Below are positions 1 to 9,931 of a DNA stretch of 32,890 nucleotides, one piece after another (the stretch's first letter is position 1; every line of letters begins with the position of its first letter). The notes beneath the pieces were generated by a model. That model saw only the letters and a list, made by a program, of their open reading frames with translations, did not search any database and was not told the origin of the DNA. The stretch is taken from positions 1 to 32,890 of the forward strand of contig NMRA01001264.1 of the NCBI GenBank assembly GCA_002633005.1, read 5' to 3'. The translations under genes and the position numbers were made by a program. The DNA comes from Phoronis australis (Eukaryota > Animalia > Phoronida).

Positions 1-739
1 TTTGTTGAACACTCAGTCGGTGCTCATTTAATCTTGCACGTGATCATGCGTGCGTGCACTTGTTTCTGCCTTGCAATAATCATTAGGAAAAGTACTGTAA
101 GTCTACTTTTTGCCGGAAAATTAATTCGTGAAAAATTAAAGTTATATCCTGGAAAACTTTCACAAAATGACACGAAAAAGTGGGAGCCAAGGTGAGATAC
201 GCTGTAGTTGTGAGTGTGATTCTATATCTGATGTTGTAGCAAAATTTGTCGGACAAGAATCTTCTTACTTTCAACACATAACTCTAGACGTGGAGAGCTT
301 GCTAGACTTGCCGAGAGTTTGCGCTGATAAGTTTCTGCTCGACTGTGTTTTGATCGACAGTCGTACAGCAGTTATCAAATCAAACCTATTTTCAATGCTT
401 TATTTTCATGTTGTGATTATTCAGCAAAACTTTTGAGGCACGGTTTCATATAATCAGCGATATCTCTGCAAAATTATTCGACAAAACTGACAATAAACTG
501 GTATATTAAGCACCAATCTGTGGCGTTGGATGGAGACCGGAAGTAGTTTGGCCTCTGATATCTTTTCAGCTCCAGTCGTTGAACCACATGCCAGGAGTTT
601 TTCAACAAGACATTTTTGGGTGTTAAAATCATTTTATAGTAGTTTATGGATAGAAGTTACTTTGGCCTAAATGAAAAGTTTAGCCCCTAAAAACAGATTC
701 GTTTACGTAACTTTTGAAAAATTCCTCATAATTCCTTAG

Positions 740-740
<1 letters not shown>

Positions 741-774
<34 letters not shown>

Positions 775-783
775 CGTGCGTGC
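741..783. repeat. (TG)n microsatellite grading into (CGTG)n, running into an N gap (784-862)
   Basis: Directly visible: (TG)15 at 741-770 then cgtgcgtgcgtgc, followed by 79 N. Confidence 0.97.
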
Positions 784-1788
784 NNNNNNNNNNNNNNNNN
801 NNNNNNNNNNNNNNNNNNNNNNNNNNNNNNNNNNNNNNNNNNNNNNNNNNNNNNNNNNNNNNGGTGTAAGAGAACGTGCTTGTATTATTACTGTTTTCAA
901 CTGTTTCTAAAAAAATCATTTTTGTAATGTTTACCTGTTGCCCAAATACCGCTTCTTGTTAATTCGATTTTTGAAAAGTAGGCCTACTGTTATCTGTACG
1001 ATTTACCTATGAAATGAAAATTTTAAAAAATGAAATGAATGTAAAGGAACCCAATCCAGTAGTTCATGTTGCTGACAGCGTACAGTGTAGACCTATTTGC
1101 GAATTGCACCACTCTTGGCGGACTGTCCCAGTCTTGGCGGACTGTCCCACTCTTTGGGTTCTTTTGGCCATCCCGTCACAACATCTAAATGTCCCACACT
1201 TTCCCGCTCCACTAAAACAGAAAAGGGACGGTTCATGGCCGGGTTTTTGTGGAACCCCCAATTTTCCATTCCACCATAAAATAATAAAAAACGTTGTCGG
1301 GCATTTTTGGGTGTTACAGCTCCATAAATGCTATCGGTGCGTATTTGTGTGCTGCAGCGATCATTTCATCCTTACGTTTTGGCTTCGACCCAGATGTCCC
1401 GCCGTTTGTCCTGTATTCCCGCTTCTTAATCCATTTGTTTTGTTTTTAATTTTCGTTCTTGAATTTTGACCGTGACAACTATGCACCAGGTGTTCAAAAT
1501 AACATATTGTTACATTCCAGATCCATTTTCTTTAGTAACATAACACTCGTAACAATGTATTTTAGTGTCTGACTTGTTTACGATAACATACACTACATGC
1601 GCTGTATCAGGATCACTAACGACCTCTCTGGTTCATCTATGTTACTATTACACGTTGTTATTTTACCCATTTTGGTAACATACTTGGTTTTAAGAATCAA
1701 CCAGTCTTGTGAGCGAAATTATAATAACTTATGAATTAAGTTGTATATCTTTAACCTATTGTATTATCATGTAGAACTGACAAAGGGT

Positions 1789-1960
1789 TTTCTAATTGCA
1801 TGGCTCATAAGCAATTCGGTTGAAAACCGGTGGAACTGCAAACAGTTTTAATGACAGTAAATCCCATAGCAAGAACAGACGCCGGGGCAATCGAATGCGC
1901 ACAACTCCCACGTATGATCATCACTTAACCTCGGCTGCCGCGAGATTGTAGGCATTCCAG
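1789..1960 (+). repeat. Dispersed repeat family B, 5' half (homologous to 25823-25986)
   Basis: gcaattcggttgaaaaccggtggaactgcaaacagtttt...gccgcgagattgtaggcattccag aligns with gcaattcggttgaaaaacggcggagttgcgaacagtttt...gccgcgagattggagttggcattccag near 25850-25986. Confidence 0.75.
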
Positions 1961-3586
1961 GGCTAGACAGACTGACAAACCATGAACTACGTCGCCATCT
2001 ATTGGCAAAGGCACTACATTGCAGTCATATCAACCACTGCTCTTTAAGCTTCGGTATGCTTTTTACAGTTTCCAACACTACATTATGCACTCCTTGTTGT
2101 GTTTGTGGGGTAATTGCTGGAAACATTTATTCAAGTGTGGTAGTGTTGCGTGTTCCTGGGGGACTTGGGGTTCGGTAATTGCAAAATTATTAAATTTGAG
2201 TTTTGAGGCCATTTGTATGAGAAATAGGCCTACCGTGAAATGTGAGTCTACATCTCATTTGAGTAATTCCTCATTCACCTCGGTGTGGTTTGAGACGTTA
2301 GCCGTGACTAGCTGTGTGAATATTCATGTAAATTCTATGGCTACTTTCTGAATATTCACATAGTGAGCGTGACATGGACGCTGTCCTGGTCATTTGTTCT
2401 ACATAGAAGGTGCATTGATCTGTTCATAAATTCAGTTTGACCAGAGTCCCTTGAATTTGTCATGTATGTTACTCCGAGTGTTGCCTACAATTCACAAGGT
2501 GTACAGACGATGGCTGTGATTAGTAATGTATGGCCATCTTGAGACGTAGATTTAAAGAGTCTGTCAGGTGTGCATGTAGTATTGAGTTGTGTGTTGTCTA
2601 CACAGGTCACAACTGTAAGAATACCTGATACTACATGTACCCATTGGTAAACCTGTACAGTCAATAACTGACCTGTATATCTGGTCTCCAAGGGATTTTT
2701 GTTCAGCAGTGCAGAGGAACATTTTTGTTAAACTCCAAATGAGCTTTTGACACCATTTATCGTTGTTGACTTATTTGTCACTAGACATGTAATCCAAGAT
2801 TATTACCAACAGAGAGCAGGTCATGCCTATGCTTTCTTTTCTCTAACCATTGTTTGACAGAATAGGGACACTGCTTTTGCTATGAAATGAATTTGTATTC
2901 TGTTGTGGCATGGCCTGGGTATTTCGTTTGTTTAATTTTCGACAGAACTCAGTAGCCGGACGTGGTTGTCACGAGATTGCTTGAACCATGAAAATAGTGG
3001 TTATAGTTAATTTTCAATAAAACATCATAATTAAACTTGATGTCCTTGTTGACATTATTCCTCACTGCCCATATGTCAGTGTTGTCAATTTTGTCATGTG
3101 AAACTAGGTTACTAATAACAACTGACGTAGGTTTCTGAACTGAGGCTGTGTAGTCGGTCGATCTGTAGTCACCACGCAAAAAGTACAGGTGTGCTTACAA
3201 CACCCTAGGTTTCACGAAATGTGATATGTAGTGTGCCCAGTTGCTACTAACGAGCTTTTCAACCCATCATAGCACGGCCAAACAGTGATTTATAAAACAC
3301 CCCCAACATTTCACGACGGGTAGCGTAGAGCGTTTCTGTACAGTACACTAGCAACGTTTTCCTCCAACGTTCCTTCTGGTCAACTACGCCTTGTGTCTGA
3401 TCTGTTGAAATTCGTTGTTCTGAACTCCGCGCTGCCCGCGTGCTTAGTTTTCCGCTGAATGCATGTCTGGAGTCGAAGCGTCGCTCACACTGTAAAAACT
3501 TAGTGAGAGCTTTCTGTTTCACCACGTAACCCTTCATGTCACTTGAGTTGAAAATATTTGATGAAAGGTCGCTTCACAGGGCGTTT

Positions 3587-3713
3587 TGCGTCGACGTTTC
3601 CCGCTTGCCGATCCAACCTGTGCGAGATTATCCTACGAACTGCAGACCGCCTGTAGTTCTCTGGTCATAAAGCTCGTTCCTTTGTAAGTCAGATGTAGTT
3701 CCAGCCATTTAAT
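3587..3713 (+). repeat. Dispersed repeat family B, 3' half (homologous to 25987-26105)
   Basis: cgcttgccgatccaacctgtgcgagattatc...gttctctggtc...tttgtaagt aligns with cgcttaccgatccaacctgcgcgagagtatc...gttctctggtc...tttgtaagt. Confidence 0.75.
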
Positions 3714-4299
3714 TCTGTGATGATGTCAGTTGGGAAACTTACTCAAGGACTTGATATCCAAAACGTCCCCACGTTATAAGATGCACCTTTTTGTAAAAAA
3801 ACATTTCTGCTCCTCAGAATATTTACAAGAAATTATTCATTAACATACTGAATGACAAAAAATTATGAAGCGAAATTTTCAGCTTTCTGATCCTGTTGAC
3901 ATCGATTACAGACAATGCAACCTCGTTTTTGTCCGTGTCACATGTACCTGGGCACTCTAGTTGTACCCTGTTTCTATTGCGTGTCATTTTGCCCCCAGTG
4001 TTTATTCTGATTCTCTAAACCCTACTCCCCGGCTCAAAATTCCTGTGTTCTGACGTTCGAGTTTCCCTACGCTTGCCACTGACGTGGGTTTTTATTCGAA
4101 GTTTCTTTATACCGAAGTCTCCGAAGTCTCCGATTTGCAAGTTGTCCCTTTTTAAACAAACGTAACTACCTCTTGTCAAAACTTATTTTGCGTCCCCGGC
4201 GGTGCTTCAAAGTGCCCCAGTTTTAATTCCCCTCAACCGCCGAAAGGTGTCGCTGTTGCGCATCTGGGCTCATGTACCTGATGTAAGTCAAGCAGCCAA

Positions 4300-4999
4300 C
4301 AACAAAAATTAAGAGTACAGGGAATAAATCGACAGACTTGAGTACCATCAGCTTCGGGGGATGCCAACTGGAAGCGACACAGCCAAGAATGACGAGGGAT
4401 GACTCCCTTCTTGCTTGAAGTTGGCACTCAAATCAATTTCTTCTTAGAAAGTACATTTTCCTTCGAAACAAAGTAGTCACGTCAATGTTGCAAAAACCAG
4501 ACATTCTTGAATTCGAAGACGTTCATTTCGGGTGATGAAAGCCACAACATGAGTCACTTGCTGTTTAAATTGACAAGACTGATTTCCACTTGAAACTTTA
4601 AGTTTTACTCAATGTTATCAAATAGAACATGTTCGCAGCTAACATAATGTTGCTCGTCAATTCAGAAATTTGCCTTAAATTGCATTTTGATGTAAGTAAA
4701 ACACTGTGAGTTGCTTATGACGTGCACGCTATGGAATCATGATTTGCAACGTCACATCTTATGAACCTCTAATTGCATTGTTTTTAACATGTTCTTCTCC
4801 CTGACTCCTGAATTTACACACAGCGCCTAATTTGAAAGATTTCTGGAAACAGTGCAAGGTTAAACAGTACTTTTTACTGTTATAAAATATAATTGTTATT
4901 GATATCAAAACAACAAAAATAAAATTCCCTAAAATTGACTTTTAAGTAAGCCTTGTGTGGCTTACAACTCACAGTATACTTTGCTTCTGTGTGCGCCAT
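4300..4999 (-). mobile_element. Decayed pogo/Tigger-like (Tc1/mariner superfamily) transposase remnant
   Basis: Minus strand: AAAATGGCG start (ATG at 4999), exon MAHTEAKYT|GTGAGT donor (4972), 130-nt intron, acceptor TTTCCAG (4843), then KSFKLGAV, giving KYTxxFKLxAV like a Brinker-type HTH. Further on, across stops and frameshifts: GKF..EIDEQ, FK-ASDS..AFITRN (CENP-B HTH motif FKASxGWxxxFxxR) and SKKG...RFQLASPEADGTQ (DDE_1 motif RFTVxLAxxADGxK), in the expected order. Motif recognition by eye only. Confidence 0.5.
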
Positions 5000-6590
5000 T
5001 TTCGATTTCGCCAATCCCATTAAACTCTGAAGCGTTTTACCGCGTCGCTAATGGTTTCGATGGGTGTACAGAAATGGAATCTCGCATGAAGTCCAGTGAA
5101 AACAGATATCACGGAGTCTAAAACAGAATACTGCATCTTAAAAACAGCTAACCCACCCGAAAATCGCGAATCCTGACCTTTGAAACAATAGCCTCGTGTA
5201 TCGAACAGGACACGTGAGGACTGAAACACCACTCTCACACTTTTTGTCAAGCATTGTTTGATGAAAAAGTTACTGTGATATGCAGGTTTACGATACGAGA
5301 ATTTTACACAACTGATGACGGATTGGCGTTCTACGCAATTCTGCTGCTGAAATCGTGGCAAAGATATCTTTGGTTGTGGTGCAATCTTTTGCGTCGACTT
5401 TCGGCGCCAAGGCGTGACCTTTGAGCATTGATGTAAAGAAAACAACTATGGCGACTTCAAGCAGCAGACAGGCCTGTTAAGATGCAATTGATGGAAGTCA
5501 TAACTCTTTAAAATTGGTTATAAAGGTATCGTAGTATACAAGAATATTCTAAAATGCACTTGGAATTCTTTTTTTTTGAAAATTGTTTCCTTCACTGGCC
5601 TATTGTATGCTGTGCTACCAACCAGCCAGATTTGGACTGCGAGTGCACCTAATCTGCCGTTGACTGATATCTATCTTTTCAGTCAGCTGTTTTCGAATGA
5701 CTGGGTAACCATAGAGCTTTTCCTTTGGGTTTTATTCCTAAATCGTGAATTTTATGACATTTGCTGGAAATTTTCTCACTGGGGAAGGAAGTAAATAAGT
5801 CTGTAGCAGACGTTGCGATATGGTACTTTCGTCAGGAATTGCTTAAAAAGATATTTTTGACGAGCTTTCGTCGTTTCATGCCTCTTAAAAGATCAGGGTT
5901 TGAGTTTTGGGACTGCTTAGCAGTTTTGAAGGTGTGGGAGTCAGTCTTCGACTCCGGGATATCTGTAACGACTGTATACGAGGTGGGTGTGGATATAGAC
6001 CGATTAAGAGGGTAAGAAGATCTTATTAAATGGAATCGCATTTTCCATTAATTATATCAGCAAACCGAATTTCATAACAAATTTTGCACCAATGATCCGT
6101 CAAAAAGAGTGTGAATGCGCTGAGTTCAGAAATTCCGACTCCAGTCTTTTGAGTGAATTGTTCTGGCTCTCCAGTTAAAAACCTGGAAATTGATTGTGTC
6201 GGATATAATGTACTTTCGACAAGTAAGCCGACGAACCCTAAAATGCAGCATATTGCAAAGATGTGTAAAAAAATTAACCAACAGTGACACTCGAAAGTCA
6301 AAATAATGTTTTTGTGTTTTATTTTTGAAAATATTTTTGGATAAAATATTGAATAATCTGAGCTTAACTCAATGTTCACCGAGATTACTACGTCTTGAGA
6401 GTATAGATTAGGTTGAAATTCGCCCAAGTTGCATGAGTTTTATTGATAAAAAATGTGATATGTTGCGNNNNNNNNNNNNNNNNNNNNNNNNNNNNNNNNN
6501 NNNNNNNNNNNNNNNNNNNNNNNNNNNNNNNNNNNNNNNNNNNNNNNNNNNNNNNNNNNNNNNNNNNNNNNNNNNNNNNNNNNNNNNNNN

Positions 6591-6840
6591 ATGTATGTAT
6601 GTATGTATGTATATGTGTGTGTATGTATGTATGTATGTATGTATGCATGTATGTATGTGTGTTTATGTATGTATGTATGTATGTATGCATGTATATGTGT
6701 GTGTGTATGTATGTATGTATGTATGTATGTATGCATGTATGTATGTGTGTGTATAGTATGTATGTATGTATGTATGTATGTATATGTGTGTGTATGTATG
6801 TATGTATGTATGTGTGTATGTAGGTATCTATGTATGTATG
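6591..6840. repeat. (TATG)n/(TG)n compound microsatellite, preceded by an N gap (6468-6590)
   Basis: Directly visible; it explains the MYVC/HTYI low-complexity ORFs. Confidence 0.97.
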
Positions 6841-7034
6841 AATGTGAAATACATAGTCCTACATACATAGAAATTACGGCACAACAGTCGAATTGGTTAA
6901 AGGTATTAAAGCCATGCATGTGTCTCCAGTTGACCTGAGATTTGAGGCCTTGCGAGTGAATTGGGCCGATAGTCATGTCTTTTATATCTTTGTCATGAAA
7001 TATGTGACATTCATGATACATATAATTCTTAGTA

Positions 7035-7482
7035 TGTTAGTTTGATAGTGTTATTTCTTATTGATATTATTTCTTTGCTAGCCAATTGTCTTTGTTTATA
7101 GAAACTTGTTTTGGCTGTCAGCTGAGTCAAACATTGCCTCAAGACAGCTGACCATTACCATATATGGCAAACACAACAGAGTAGTTCAGATGATTGTTGT
7201 GAAAGTTTTTAGAGTTGCTTCCTGTTATTTTCCTGTAGAATATTGAATCATAAAGTTTAGTGCATGCAACCCACATATTTGTGACTTGTATATAAATCCG
7301 TTCACTTGTCTAATAAAGACAGTCCTCATCTTGCTACTGCCAGTTGCTTTACTAGTGTAATTGAGTGTTGGCACACTTAGTTACTGAATACAACCATCTC
7401 ACAGACGGACCGAGACTGTCCACAACACAACACAACGCTGCTACTAAGTCGAGTTATTCTCCACTATTCTACTACATAACCA
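7035..7482 (+). mobile_element. Possible solo LTR
   Basis: Begins TGTTAG and ends CATAAC(CA), about 450 bp, with TATATAAA (7289-7296) followed by AATAAA (7312-7317) and a CA-rich U5-like tail. No target-site duplication seen. Confidence 0.25.
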
Positions 7483-7502
7483 GAATTTCCCCACAATCTT
7501 TG

Positions 7503-7659
7503 CCTAGGCGGATCCAGGGGCCGGTCACTTGGGTCTGGACGCCCCTTTTCCCTTGGTTTTAGTGATATCGAATTTAAAATTTCCAAATGTTTAACTTGGA
7601 CCCCATTTTTAATAAAATCCTTGACCCGACCTGATTCATGAATCTTGGACCCGCCTTTG
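7503..7659. mobile_element. Short MITE with GGCGGATC-type terminal inverted repeats
   Basis: Left CCTAGGCGGATCCAGG; right CTTGGACCCGCCTTTG (reverse complement CAAAGGCGGGTCCAAG). Same terminal motif as 12962-13246 and 19939. Confidence 0.6.
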
Positions 7660-8897
7660 CTCTGCAACCCTGGAGTGCGTTCATATTTATCTACTCTACT
7701 TTAAAGGAAACTTTTTAGCTAAAATTTGTGAAGCATTCCCGCGGGATAGCCTGGATCCCTGATTATTGTACAAAGATCGTGCCTCTATCGTTGTTAGGTC
7801 TGCAGGATACTATACGGGGACAGGGTCCCCAGCTCCCTGTCGTCGGGTTGGAACAAAAGAATCCGCCAGCATGCTGATTTTTGCGGAATAATTTTCCTCC
7901 GTGCCACACCTCCAGATCAGTGAAATAGCGCCATATATGAGCATGATTCACTGGCCTTAGTAAATGTTTGCTATGAAACGCGGGAAATTGCAGAACCCCC
8001 GACGATGATTTACGTAGTTTCCATAAATAGCAACATGAGCAGTCTCAGTGGGCGTGATTATATAGCATGTGACACAAAACGCTTTATTGATTGGCCACTT
8101 GAGGAGCTGCGGGGGGTGTTTGCTTTCAGACGATCAATCCCGCCACAGCATCACTTGACGCCAGAGCGTATGGACTTGTCTTTCAACCCGAGTGGATTTT
8201 TTTTCATTCTCAGGTTTGTAAAATCATTTTATAATTTTTTTGTTATTAACTTTTTACCTTTTTCGAAACTGATTGCAACGTCAAAAATAGGCAACACGTA
8301 GCCTCTCAGCTGGGGCTAAGGCGATGTAAGGCCTTGTCAAAAACTGTTATTAAAGCCTGTCTGAACACAACATATGATCAGAAGGCCTACTTGTCAATTG
8401 TCTCCTGTTTGTCCGTTTTTATCGCCCTCCTTGACATCATCAAAATGTCCCGCTTTTCGACACAAGGCTTATTATGACTTGCGACACTAAAAGTGAAAAA
8501 AAAACAAAAAAAAAACTGGCGAGTTTGAGAGCTTCGACAACCGTGAATTTCCGTTTCGAGCACAAAAGGACACTTAGACATTCAAAACACTCTGCAGACT
8601 GGCTGGCGAACGTTTCAAGCACCCGTTTCGCTTAAACACAAATGCCCGCTTTTATCAAAGTGCCCTGTTTTCCGTACTGAGCTAATTGAATACCGGCAAA
8701 CCTCCCCGAGAATCAAAATTAAGTCTATCACGAACTCTGTTCAATTCTAAATGTTCCTCAATAAGCAACTGCGTATGTCTTACGACTGACTTACGCTGCT
8801 TGTGTTTAAATTCTTGCACGCTTGTGCCTCCGTTTGCACGTCGGCGTTGTCCGAATCTTGCGATTCTGACACTTGTTTTAGCATGAGATGACACAAT

Positions 8898-9038
8898 AGG
8901 CTTCGTTTCATGAAACTATTTTAACTTAAACCAAAATACCAATGCTGTCATTTCACCACATGTCACGTTGCGATTGTTCGACAGTGCTGTTGACGCCATC
9001 ACAACAACCAAACTTGAGAATTTCATGAAACGGAGCCC
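8898..9038. mobile_element. Palindromic MITE (PIF/Harbinger-like termini)
   Basis: TIRs aggcttcgtttcatgaaa (8898-8915) and tttcatgaaacggagccc (9021-9038), 16/18 complementary. Confidence 0.7.
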
Positions 9039-9181
9039 TGGCCTGAGTTCAGTAACTGCAGAACCTTGCTAAAATCTAGCCAAAGTCACGTGTTCTCATT
9101 TAAAATACACGGCAATATGTGGCGTAATCTCACGAAGTCTAGCTTTTTAGCTAGGTCCCAGCGTTACTGAACTCAGGACAG
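9038..9181. mobile_element. Second palindromic MITE directly abutting the first
   Basis: TIRs ctggcctgagttcagtaac (9038-9056) and gttactgaactcaggacag (9163-9181), 18/19 complementary; inner gctaaaatctag / ctagctttttagc also partly complementary. Confidence 0.75.
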
Positions 9182-9425
9182 CTTTGGGTTTTTGTACAAC
9201 CATTTCTCTGTCGTGAACAGAAGGTTACATATAAATGCTAACTGGGTGCACATGCTTGAGTGTCTCATATTTTGCAAAACTAATAATTACTAATTTGGTT
9301 GTTCAATACACAGTCTCATCTGATGGTTGTTATCGTGGGATTTATGGAGGTCACAAACAAGTGCCTGACCTTAGACTGGTGACTCACCATTTCCTGGTAT
9401 CGGTTTCGATATGAAAAAATGTGTG

Positions 9426-9660
9426 TTTGTTTGCGTTGTCAAAACAGATTCTTTCACCCGAACAATAGGTCTTAGTGACGGCATGCCATAGCACAACTAA
9501 CAATGGCCTCTTTATTTGGGCACTATGGTACACTGTCATTGGGGTCATTAAACGCTTCGTTTTTATGAAAACAAGTTTTTGTTTGTTTTGTCAGAACGGA
9601 TACTTTTCATACAAACAATAGGTCTTAGTAACGGTGTGCCGTAGCATGAACAACAATGAC
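9426..9660 (+). repeat. Diverged direct repeat pair of about 85 bp (about 9426-9510 and 9578-9660)
   Basis: tttgtttgcgttgtcaaaacagatt...aacaataggtcttagtgacggcatgccatagca versus tttgtttgttttgtcagaacggata...aacaataggtcttagtaacggtgtgccgtagca. Confidence 0.8.
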
Positions 9661-9903
9661 AGTTTAATTAGGGTCCAGTTGAGTGAACATTATGTTTTGA
9701 AGGGGTACATTTTGAAAAGGCGTGACTTTGAGGTCCCTGGGGCTTATCCAATTAATTGTGCTCTTAGGTTTTCAAAGGCTGGTACTGAGGCCCGAAGTCC
9801 CTTAACTTTGTAAATTAAACTTACAGTTACAAGAAATTGAAATATGCTAAACATAACTTAAGTGGATTCATTGGCTTACTTGGTGAAATATTTAATAAAA
9901 TAA

Positions 9904-9916
9904 TTCTACATTTTAG
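9904..9916 (+). other. Splice acceptor of a 5'-UTR intron of the TRIM-NHL gene
   Basis: ttctacattttag|G ending at 9916, 15 nt before the ATG at 9932 (context aatATGG). The upstream non-coding exon was not located. Confidence 0.6.
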
Positions 9917-9931
9917 GTCACTGGCCAAAAT

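Noticed and set aside
680-927. ORFs spanning the (TG)n repeat and gap
   Set aside because: Produced by microsatellite and N characters.
1100-1430. 151-aa ORF at 1014-1469 with repeated TGTCCC motifs and a 17-bp tandem pair; similar motifs near 4140-4230 and 8440-8670
   Set aside because: No protein signature. It resembles subterminal repeats of decayed DNA transposons, but no termini could be defined.
2600-2760. Minus-strand peptide GDQIYRSVIDCTGLPMGT resembling the Penelope-type RT motif YxQxxGxPMG
   Set aside because: The spacing is wrong and no flanking RT motifs were found; it may be chance.
6388-7021. Long MYVC/HTYI-repeat ORFs
   Set aside because: Translation of a (TATG)n microsatellite plus an N gap.
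8488-8557. IRF/ISRE-like sites (AAAAGTGAAA; GAAACGGAAA on the minus strand) upstream of the TRIM gene
   Set aside because: GAAANNGAAA is expected a few times by chance in 33 kb of AT-rich DNA, and similar matches occur elsewhere (about 5000, 12727); the TSS is unknown.
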